From Octopus sinensis (Eukaryota): 64,000 bases of DNA. Both the position numbers and the translations under genes were made by a program. Under the pieces are notes generated by a model, which was given only the letters and a program-made list of their open reading frames with translations, made no database searches and was not told the origin of the DNA. The stretch lies in assembly GCF_006345805.1 (NCBI RefSeq), contig NC_043021.1, forward strand, positions 16,120,001 through 16,184,000, read 5' to 3'. Positions 13,146-24,495 of the stretch are shown here, piece by piece; position 1 is the first letter of the stretch, and every line of letters starts with the position of its first letter.

Positions 13146-14582
13146 TACATATATATATATGTGTGTCTTTTATCTTTGATCTGTTTCTCTTGTTAGACTG
13201 TGACCATGCTGGGGCACCACCTTGAAGAATTTTTAGCTGAACGAATTGACCCCAGTGCTTATTCTATCAGTCTCTTTTGCTGAACAACTAAGTTATGGGG
13301 ATTCAAACACACCAACACCATTTGTCATGCAGTGGTGGGGGACAAACACACACACAGACAGACTTCTTTCAGTTTCTGTCTACCAAATCCATGCCCTACG
13401 CTGTGGTTTGGCCCAAGACTATAGTAGGAGATACTTTCCCAAGGCCCCATGCAGTGGGACTGAACTGGGACTGAACCTAGAACCATATGTTTGGGAAGGA
13501 AACTTCTTACCTCACAGTTTTGGAAGTGATGCATTTCAGTATGCTTAGTGTGTGCAAAAGTGCAGCAGCTTCATGAGCATTTAATGATAAGTTGAGATAT
13601 TCAGAGCTATGGTTACTTGACTCCGTGATTAAAACATAAAACAAACTTAAACTGTAAGAACTTTACAAATACACACAAAAAAGAGGGAAAAAAACACAAA
13701 AAAAAAAACAAACGTAAGATCCTCCTTGACTTCTCTCTCCACCTCCTCCTCCTCCTCATCTATCGTGTTTCTCTCCCTTTGCTTTTATTTAACATAAATC
13801 CCTCCACCCCCACCCTGACCTCCTCTTGCCTGTGGCCCATCATTTTCCTTTGAGCCTTGCTCTGCATGCATGCCTGTGTGCACAAGTATGTGTGTTTGTG
13901 CCTGTGTTGTTATGTATAGAGGTTTCTGTGCTTATGTGTATGTACCTGTGTGGTGTGTATAGAAGTGTGTCTATATATATATGTGTGTGTGTCTATATAT
14001 ATGTGTATGTGTGTGTGTGTGTGTGTCTAAGTTTGTGTATTGGTGTTTGGGAATTATGGGTGTTTGAATTGTGTATGCATGATTGTGTGTGTGTGTGTTA
14101 ATATGTCTACAAGTCTGCATATGTGTATTTGTGTGTGTGTTTGTGTGAGAATTATATATAAATGTGTCTGTGAATTGTGTGTTTATATATCTGTGCATAT
14201 TTATGTATCTGTGAGCAGTCATTTGTATGTGTGCATGTTATCCATAGATCTGTGTGTGCGTGTATATATATCTGTGCATACATAAATATATATATATATA
14301 CACACACATTCACACACAGATATACATATTTATGTATAAACAGATTTTATATAATAGAAATATTAAAATTACTAAGTCTCTCTAAAAGAGAAGAACGGCA
14401 GCGTTCCCGGAAAATATTAGTTATCGCCATACTAATATGGCATTCTTATAAAAATAAGAATAAAGCTGACCGCTTATTAGCTCCATGAGGCCATCGCCTT
14501 AAGTTAGCTATTTGATACACAAACTGTATCCATATAACCTTTGAACAAGGGAGGTCAGTCGCTCCACACTACTTGACCGGCA

Positions 14583-14624
14583 GCTACAGACGCGTTTCGG
14601 GGTATTGCCCCTTTTCAATGCAGC
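14583..14624 (-). ncRNA. Minimal type-I hammerhead ribozyme motif, U3-A8 variant
   Basis: GCTGCA-TTGAAAA-GGGG CAATA CCCC-GAAA-CGCG-TC-TGTAGC: stem I 6 bp, stem II 4 bp, palindromic ACGCGT stem III, GUC triplet. Confidence 0.7.
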
Positions 14625-14910
14625 GTAGCCAAACCAGTAGGTGTCGCTTCCGACAATCTCTGTTCAAAGGTTTTATTTACCTAGCTTCGGTGGAGCTAAT
14701 AAGCGGTCAGCTTTATTCTTATTTTTATAAGAATGCCATATTAGTATGGCGATAACTAATATTTCGGGAAACGCTGCCGTTGTTCTCTTTTAGAGAGACT
14801 TAGTAATTTTAATATTTCTATTATTGAAAACAAGTGGATGTATTCCACCGAAGCTAGGTAAATAAAACCTTTGAACAGAGATGTCGGAAGCGACAATATG
14901 GTTTGGCTAC

Positions 14911-14952
14911 GCTGCATTGAAAAGGGGCAATACCCTGAAACGCGTCTGTAGC
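14911..14952 (+). ncRNA. Second copy of the minimal hammerhead motif
   Basis: Same as 14583-14624 except stem II GGGG/CCCT (G-U wobble). Confidence 0.65.
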
Positions 14953-15469
14953 TGCCGGTCAAGTAGTGTGGAGCGACTGACCTCCCTTGTTCGAAGGTTA
15001 TATGGATACAGTTGTGTATCAAATAGCTAACTTAAGGCGATGGCCTCATGGAGCTAATAAGCGGTCAGCTTTATTCTTATTTTTATAAGAATGCCATATT
15101 AGTATGGCGATAACTAAGATTTTATATATATATATATATATGTATAAACAGATTTTATATATATATACATATGTATATATATATAACACACACACACAGA
15201 TATACATATTTATGTATATACAGATTATATATATAAATATATATAATCTGTTTATACATAAATATGTATATCTGTGTGTGTGTGTGTATACTGGTGAGCA
15301 TACTTGTATGTACATGTGAGCATACTTGTATGTACATGTGAGCATAATCACGTGTGTGTGTGTGTGCATATATATATATAAAGAGAGTGTTGAACAGTTC
15401 TTGGTTTTTTAGGGTGTTGCGAAAAGCCTGGCTGGAGACCAACCTTCCCAGTGCTTTTACAGATCTTAG

Positions 15470-15528
15470 AAAAACTGAAGGACCACTGCAATAAGTGCTT
15501 GAATCTGAGAGGGGGAATATGTTGAATC
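15470..15528 (+). mobile_element. Short mariner-like transposase C-terminal remnant
   Basis: EKLKDHCNKCLNLRG(fs)EYVE resembles the KL..RW.KC..L.GEYVE terminus. Confidence 0.4.
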
Positions 15529-15991
15529 AAAATCATAATTAACTGATATCCCCCTGCATTTTCCTTTACCCAAAGCCACAAACTTTTCAGCACCCGCTCC
15601 GCTCCGTATATCTGTCTGCGTGTTGTGCAAATAAACCTTTGTGTGCTGCTCGCATATGTTTTATAATCTGTAAAATGCTGATCTGGCACTTTTGCCCTCA
15701 CGCTCTTTCTACACACACACACACACAGAGCCAGCTGTTTAGTCAATAACTTGTCTGTTATTTGACTGAAGTGAAATTACTCCACTATTGGTTGGCTGGA
15801 TGGGGGGGTGGCTGGGTGGGTTATTTATTTGTTTTGTTTATATATTTTTCGCTCTCTTTTTCAGCTGGTTGTTTACCAGTTGTTGCTAACCAGATTAACA
15901 AGATTCTACAATAGCCAAACAACAATTGGCTGTCACCATGCTTACCATCTATAATCCTTGTTGCTGCTGTTTCTTTATAATATTATTATTA

Positions 15992-16073
15992 TCAGTAGTA
16001 GTAGTAGTAGTAGTGATAGGAGACTGTAGTAGTAGTAGTGGTGGTGGTGGTAGTAGTAGTAGTGGTGGTGGTG

Positions 16074-16105
<32 letters not shown>

Positions 16106-16705
16106 GGTAGTGGTAGTAGTAGTGGTGGTAGTAATAGTGGTGGTGGTGGTAGTAGTAGTAGTAGTGGTGGTGGTGGTAGTAATAGTAGTGGTGGTGGTAG
16201 TAGTAGTAGTGGTGGTGGTGGTAGTAGTAGTAGTGGTGGTGGTGGTGGTGGTGGTAGTAGTGGTGGTGGTGGTAGTAATAGTAGTGGTGGTGGTGGTGGT
16301 GGTAGTGGTGGTGGTGGTAGTAGTAGTAGTGGTGGTGGTGGTAGTAATAGTAATAGTAGTGGTGGTGGTAGTAGTAGTAGTGGTGGTGGTGGTGGTGGTA
16401 GTAGTAGTAGTAGTGGTGGTGGTGGTAGTAGTAGTGGTGGTGGTGGTGGTAGTAATAGTAGTGGTGGTGGTGGTAGTAATAGTAGTGGTGGTGGTGGTGG
16501 TGATAGTAGTAGTAGTGGTGGTGGTGGTGGTGGTAGTAGTAGTAGTGGTGGTGGTGGTGGTGGTGGTGGTAGTAGTAGTGGTGGTGGTGGTAGTAGTAGT
16601 AGTGGTGGTGGTGGTAGTAATAGTAGTGGTGGTGGTGGTGGTAGTAATAGTAGTGGTGGTGGTGGTGGTGGTAATAGTAGTAGTGGTGGTGGTGGTGGTA
16701 GTAGT
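15992..16705. repeat. Compound (GGT)n/(AGT)n trinucleotide repeat
   Basis: Alternating ggt and agt/aat runs. Confidence 0.92.
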
Positions 16706-18571
16706 GAATATTATTGTCATAGTAGTAGATAGATGAATAGGGTGGTGGTGTTGATGACAGAAGGGGGTGGGATATTGTTTGTCCACTTAATGATTGATTG
16801 TAATTAGAAACCGCAGCCTCCACAGTGGTGGTGGTGGTGTTGGGAAGTCATTGCTTGTTGACATAATGACTGATGGTGATTAAGATATGCAGATTTTGTT
16901 GTTTAACCTTAGGCCATCCCTGATCCAGACCATCATCTATGATTGAAGGCCTCCCAGCTGTAACAATCATTTTTATATCCCCCCCCCCCCCATGTATAGT
17001 GCACCCTAGACAATTTTTACCGTTTCGATACCAACCCGCCTCAGACTGTCCCTGACTCAATTATATAAGGCTGACAGAATTGTCAGTACGCTGGGCAGAA
17101 TGTTTAACGGCATTCTGGCTGTCTTTACATTCTGAGTTCAAATTCTGCCGAGGTTGACTTTTTGCTCTTCATCCTTTCAGGGTTGATAAAACAAGTACCA
17201 GAAGAGCAGGGTGGGGTTTCGATGTAATCAACTTACTCCCTCCCCCAAATTGCTGGCCTTGTACCAAAATTGGAAACCAATTATACAAATTCTGTTTTAA
17301 AGTGGTCTGAATGAAAACCTTCCATGAGAATTTCATGTTGATTTACATTCCAAACACCAGATTAAATAATGTCAATCTTATTTTGCTAAATTCTTCGCCA
17401 TTTTCAAAATTAATTGAATCAAAGGCAGTGTATCTCAATAGAAATAGGGTAACAAAGGGATTAAACAAGTTGTCCTTCTCAAAGATGGTGTGATTCAACA
17501 TATATAATAATAATATGAGGGAATATTTTTCCAAACTTACAGGGAAAAATAAATATATATATATATATATATATGCATACCCATACACAAAAGTAATTGC
17601 ATAAATGCAAAATAATGCCACAGGTAGAGTAATATGCTCTTTATTAAGCCAAAAAAAAAAACCCTTCACAAACTGTTGCTCCGTTTCACATGACCGTTCA
17701 TCGAACAGATGTGATCAGATTGTGATTAGAACTGTCTGATGAATAGTAATGTAAAATTCTGAGTAACAGTTTTTGAAAATATTTTCAGCTTTAATAAAAG
17801 GTACGTGTGTACGTGTACATCTCTTATTATAAAAGGCAGATTTTATCTGCCTCCCTTTGGGAGTTATACAAATCTACAATATAGGATTTCTTCAATTACA
17901 ATTTACCTAGCATTTTTAAGAGTACAACGCATCGCGTCATGCCAGGTCCAGTTTTTAAAATTTAAACTCCAATTAAGCAAAATTTACAGAAAACTCACAT
18001 TCTGGTGTGTGTGTCAAATGCTTTTCTTAGTCTGGTTTACAGCACACGCAAACGCACACACACAGTGTGCAACGAATAAAGTGAAACTAGATGTAATATT
18101 GTTTCTCTCTATCATGCTGATAGATACATGAGTAAAATGTATGGGAAGCTAACAGATAAGAGTGAGTGAAAATGTTCTTGGAAGAGAGTAAATTAGCGAC
18201 AGTATGAAACAGTGTTTATGTATAAACAGACGACACTATATAAACCCTTTCGTTACCAAACCGCCCGAATTTACCTATTCATATTTAAATGAGAATATCA
18301 GAGTAAATCTCTTTAGTACATTCGTGAAAACACGTATTATACTTCGTAAACACTTCAAATACAGTTTTGTACAAAAATCGAAGTGTAATTTTAATTCCGT
18401 GAATTATGGGAGATTTTTTTCCAAAATTTGTTCCTATTGTGTTTTCAAAATTTGTAATTCTGACAAAAAATGGATACGAATTTCATTATATCAAGCAGCG
18501 AGTCAGAATTCGAAGGATTTTCTACTGAAGACCTTCATAAATCTAACTCTATGACTGAAAAAAAAAAAGCA

Positions 18572-18968
18572 TCTTTATATAAGAGTGAAGTTGTGTGTCT
18601 GTCCCGTTCGATTTAGATTCGTAACTACTCCCACATTTTGCGGTGCAGTTTAACCAAAAGCGGGTATCTTATAGTCGTGATTCATATCGAGCCCTTCTGG
18701 GTATTAGCGCGCGTCTACGATGAGTCTACGATTTAAAAAAAATTTACCATCATATTTTTCCATTTTAATGCATTTTTTTCGCTTTTATATGAGGGAAGTA
18801 ACTCTCTAAAAATATCTACGATGTGTCAACGATTTAAAAAAAAAATTTACCTTAATTTTTTTTCAATTTTTAATGCATTTTTTTGCTATTTTTTGGCTAT
18901 AACTCTCTAAAAATGCTTATATAGTTATTTCCCTTACAAACCCGAGCAACGCCGGGCGATACTGCTAG
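18572..18968 (+). mobile_element. Non-autonomous Helitron, copy 2
   Basis: A|TCTTTATATAAG...CCCGAGCAACGCCGGGCGATACTGCTAG|T; same family as 3723-4124. Confidence 0.87.
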
Positions 18969-19239
18969 TGTATAATATTTGTATACAAACATACATATAT
19001 ACATACCCTGTCTTCACAAGAATCTTTCTCTCATAGAATGTTTCTCTCAATCTACTGCCACACTGAAGCTAGGGGTCCTGTTGTTAATGTGCCAGAGCTC
19101 TCTTTCTCCATCCTTTTCCATCTCAGAGTTAAGGTCCTGAGGAATTAAAAAAATTTTTTCTGTTGTTCTTTTGTTTCTTGTTTTGTTCAACTTCAGTGGT
19201 TCTTATTTCCCTTTTTCTTTTCATTTTGTGTTCTTGCAG

Positions 19240-19346
19240 TGGGAAGATCGTGTCTCCAAAATGGAAACCTTTCAAAGGTATGAGATTGCGAGGCAAGGAG
19301 ATAGTTCGTCTCAACAACATTATCTGGAGAGAATGGTTCATGCAAT
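19240..19346 (+). CDS. MLXIP: Mondo exon, MCR II/III (S)[35 protein letters not shown](Y); phase 2 to 1
   Basis: ttcttgcag acceptor, GTAAGT donor at 19347; matches vertebrate SGKLVSPKWKNFKG...RLNNAIWRAWYIQY. Confidence 0.95.
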
Positions 19347-19738
19347 GTAAGTAAACCCTTAAACATCCACACCTTTTATTAGGCAAGGTGGTCCCCTCTG
19401 GGGTCTGAATAATTTTATAAAAGAAGAAAATATTCTTTTCTACTCTAGGCACACACACACACACACTCATACACTTACGTGCATGCACACACACACACAC
19501 ACACACACACTTCTGCACTCTTACACACTCCACCATGCACACACACACACACACTTCTGCACTCTTACACACTCCACCATGCACACACACACACACACAC
19601 ACACAACACACACTTCTGCACTCTTACACACTCCACATGCACACACACACACACTTCTGCACTCTACACACTCCACCATGCACCACACACACACACACCA
19701 CACACACACACACTTCTGCACTCTTACACCTCCACCAT

Positions 19739-19773
<35 letters not shown>

Positions 19774-20010
19774 ACACACACACACTTCTGCACTCTTACA
19801 CACTCCACCATGCACCACACACACACACCACACACTTCTGCACTCTTACACACTCCACCATGCACACCACACACACACACACACACACCACTTCTGCACT
19901 CTTACACCTCCACCATGCACACACACACACACACACACACACTTCTGCACTCTTACACACTCACCATGCACACACACACACACTTCTGCACTCTTACACA
20001 CTCCACCATG

Positions 20011-20052
<42 letters not shown>

Positions 20053-20175
20053 CTGCACTCTTACACACTCCACCATGCACACACACACACACTTCTGCAC
20101 TCTTACACACTCCCCATGCACACACACACACCACACACACACACACACACTTCTGCACTCTTCACACTCCACCAT

Positions 20176-20221
<46 letters not shown>

Positions 20222-20298
20222 CTTCTGCACTCTTACACACTCCACCATGCCACACACACACACACACACACTTCTGCACTCTTACACACTCCACCATG

Positions 20299-20329
<31 letters not shown>

Positions 20330-20353
20330 CTGCACTCTTACACACTCCACCAT

Positions 20354-20401
<48 letters not shown>

Positions 20402-20425
20402 CTGCACTCTTACACACTCCACCAT

Positions 20426-20461
<36 letters not shown>

Positions 20462-23266
20462 CTGCACTCTTACACACTCCACCATGCACACACACACACA
20501 ACACACACACACACTTCTGCACTCTTACACACTCCACCATGCACACACACACACACACACTTGCACATACTCTTACACAATGTACACTCTCTCTCTCTCT
20601 TTCTCTCACACACACGCACACACTCACTCTTACAAGTACCCTCTCACATGCATACATTCACACACACACATACGCATACTTTCATGCACTCTCTCACTCA
20701 CACTCTCGTCAAGTGAAGTTTTTCACGGACAACCATGCCTGCACCTCACAGAAATATGTAAAAAAAATAGGGCCCCCCTCCCTAAGAAATTGACAACAAC
20801 AACAACAAAATCCCTTTTGACTGTTACAGTGGGAACACATTAGGTCTTAAGTCTGCTTGACTGCAACTGACCTGGGACTAAACAACAAAGTTAGCTACAA
20901 TGTCTCTTGCGCCTTTCCTTTTTCTATTTTTTATTTGAGTGCTTACATGTTTTTTTTTTTTTTTAAATGAGGTCATTTGATGATTAAAGATATGGATATG
21001 ATTTTTTTTTATGCAACACCTGTACATGTGACAACTTCTGAAGGTGACTACCTTATGTATAATCATTGTCCCACCTCTCATTCAACATGGTTTCTTTTTT
21101 TTAATTTTTAAATAAGCATGAATGAATTTTATACTAATACAGCAAGGTGTTAGCTTACATTACCCAGCAAGAGAGACAGAGATTGTCTGCTTCTGTAATA
21201 ACCTCACCTGAATGTTACCAATCACCAAAGCAATCGAGAAAGCAGTCTGCCTTCCAATCTGGCATGGGTGGAACAGTTTGACTGGAGCCGGCAAGGTAGA
21301 AGCCTGCACCAGACTTCTGTGACTGTTTAAGCAGGACTTTTACAGCTGGATGCCCTTCCTAGCACCAACCACCCAGCAGAGTAGACTTAGTGCTTTTTAT
21401 AAGATACAAGCACAGGCAAGGCTTTTACAGCTGAATGCCCTTCCAAATGCCAAATACTTTACAGTGTAGGCTGGATGCTTTTTAAATAGCACCGGCACTG
21501 ACAGGGTCATCAAGACAGAAATCTTTTGAGAAGGGAAGGGGCATTGGAGGAGATGATCTTGTGTCAGATGATGAAAGGTTATAATGAGACAGAGACAGAA
21601 ACAGGTGTGTTGCTGTAGAGGAGGTACAAGGTTACCTGGCTGGAAAGAGAGAGAGAGAGAGATCAGGAATGAGGGCAGAAACAGGTGTGCTGCCGCAAAG
21701 GAGATCCATGGTTACCCAACCTGAGGGAATTACAGGAGAGAGAGAGAGTGGGAGAGAGCAGGATAGAGATGGTGGCAAGAGTGCCAGGCATACCCACAAG
21801 GTACAGGGATCAGAATATAAATGGGATGGTTGAGTAAAGGCAGAGAGAGATACAGATGGGGGCAAGTGCCAGGGCATACACTTGGGGGTTCAAAGGTCAT
21901 AACATAAGTGGCAGGATATTGCCAAAGAAGCGTGATTAGGGAGTGAGGAGGGGAAGTGAGTGGTGAAAACCTGGGTATATAGAGAATTCCACCAATGTTT
22001 AATTTGTTTACAGTTGACAACACGTGCAGTCACACACAAAATGTCAGCTTCCAAATCCTGTTTTCTGATTGGGTAAAAATGATCAAACTTTAAACTTCTG
22101 TAACTTCTTTTAAAAAAAACTTTTCAGTGGGGAAAAAAAAAAAAAAAAGTGAACCATCTCCTGAGATTCAGTATGGAAAATTACCCCGATACATCAAATT
22201 TGAAAACTTTCACTAAACTTTGAAATTTCTATTGGTGCAGCCAGACAGAAAAGATCTGGCCTTCTTTTCTGTAAACAACTGGTTACCTTACTTGTTAGCC
22301 CTGTTTCTGAACGGATGACATAGTATACCTGGTTTCTGGTCCCGTTTTTTTAATGCTAACAGAACAGAAACTAAGTTGTGTGATATTTCTTTTTTTTTTT
22401 TTAAAACTATATACTTCCATAACTGTGTAAATGTGTTACCTAAAAATCAACACAGTCATCAATATCCATCAATAATGTATAAATACTGTCCAATATATTG
22501 AATTCTTGGTCACAGTTGGCTGGCTCTGGTAAGTGTGTTAGTCAGCTGGGGTTACAAGGTCAACAATTTGTAACAAATCACTATGGTTACATTAACTAAT
22601 TGCCCATATGAACTGCTGTGTAAAACAGGTTTTCTCAACATTCAATTATAAATTTTTGCCCTTGTGGGATATCACTTGGCACCAAATCCTCTCCGTTTGT
22701 TAGAAAACTATGTCTTGCCTTGTTTTAGACCAACAGTTGTTAGGTTAAAACTTAGGAAATTAATAGGAAAGAATTCATTTCAATAAAACGCATCCCATCA
22801 TGTATAGGACCATTTTTTTTTTTTTGTTACCTTCAAAAGACGTAAGTGTGGTTGTGTGGTTAAGAAGTTAGCTTCTCAACCATATGGTTCCAAGTTCAGT
22901 CTCACTGTGGGGCACCTGGCACTGTGGACAAGTGTTTTTCTACAATAGCTGTTTCTTTACTGCCCACAAGGGGCTAAACACAGAGGGGACAAACAAGGAC
23001 AGACAAAGAGATTAAGTCGATTATATCGACCCCCAGTGCGTAACTGGTACTTAATTTATCGACCCTGAAAGGATGAAAGGCAAAGTCGACCTCGGCGGAA
23101 CTTGAACACAGAACGTAACGGCAGACAAAATACCGCTAAGCATTTCGCCCGGAGTGCTAACGTTTCTGCCAGCTCGCCCAATAGACCCAGGCTGACCAAA
23201 GCTTTACAAGTGGATTTGTATGACTGAAACTGAAAGAAGCCCATCATGCATGCATGCATGTGTGTG

Positions 23267-23299
<33 letters not shown>

Positions 23300-24456
23300 T
23301 GTGTGTGTGTGTGTGTATGTGTGCACATGCATGCGCATGTGTGTTTGTATCTGTCTTTTCCATGACATTGCCTGGTAGATGTAAATGAGTGTCACTCTCA
23401 TGCAAGCTGTGTTCTTCATTTCCAATATTCTGTGAAGGCATGTCTGGTCTCTTAAAAGTATTACCTCCCTTGGAAGCATGAGGGTTGGCAACAGGAAAGG
23501 CTTCCAGCTATAGCAAAAATCTGCCTCAGTAAACTCCATCTGACCTGGACAAGCTTGGAAAAGGGGCCATTAAAATACTGCTATTAGTGTTTGCGTTGTT
23601 GTTGATGATGATGATGATAACCAGCTTCATTGTCACTCCGAGTTTCTCAATTTCTGCAAGTAACAAATAATGTCTAATAATGTATTTAGTACTCTTTCTT
23701 TTGTTTGTACTCACAAACCTGTGTGTGTGTGTGTGGTGTGTGGTGGGAGGAGGAAGGGTCAACAGATTGTTAGATGTAAACACAGATGTAATCATGCACA
23801 GATTTAGAGCAATATTATTATGTGTATGTGTGTGTGTGTGTAGGATAAATTCTTAATCATAATGTACACGGTGTGGCTTAGTGATGGCAGTGGGGATTGT
23901 AGTGGTAAATGTGAGTGTTGATGATGATGATGGTGGTGGTGGTAGTTGAGCTGGCAGAAATGTTAGCACGCCGGACGAAATGCATAGCCGTATTTTGTCT
24001 GCCACTACGTTCTGAGTTCAAATTCCGCCGAGGTCGACTTTGCCTTTCATCCTTTCGGGGTCTATTAAATAAGTACCAGTTTTGGACTGGGGGGTCGATA
24101 TAATTGACTTAATCCGTGAATCTGGCCTTGTTTGTCCTCTCTGTGTTTAGACCCTTGTGGGTAGTACAGAAATAGGTAGTTGATAGTGGTGAGTGGGTGT
24201 GTAGGTGGTTGTAGTTGCCAATAGTGGTGGTGAATGAGGGTGTTAGTGGTAGTTGCTGGCGATGATGGTGGTGGGAAATCAGGTTTTGCTTCTAGTCTCC
24301 CAAAACACTTTAGTCACTCCCCACTGCACCCCTTACAAGAATCAAGCAACAACAGGCAGTGCCCTTGATCCCCACCCCAAGCAGCCACTAGGAAATAATA
24401 CAAGTATAACCCTAATTATTTATTAGGCTGTTTGGGAAACATTTCTGCCCCCCCCA

Positions 24457-24495
<39 letters not shown>

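Larger units (their letters stand above)
14353..15117. mobile_element. Penelope-like pseudo-LTR fragments in inverted arrangement (A-B-A'-B'-A' partial)
   Basis: 14417-14694 is the reverse complement of 14844-15117; 14353-14485 is the reverse complement of 14691-14822; each B unit carries a hammerhead motif. Confidence 0.7.

Noticed and set aside
15926-16823. Long Gly/Ser-, His/Tyr-, Thr- and Val-rich ORFs
   Set aside because: All are translations of the (GGT)n/(AGT)n microsatellite; open frames are expected and there are no splice or homology cues
19480-20560. CRISPR-like repeat-spacer appearance
   Set aside because: Spacers are only (CA)n runs, the context is a eukaryotic intron, and there are no cas genes
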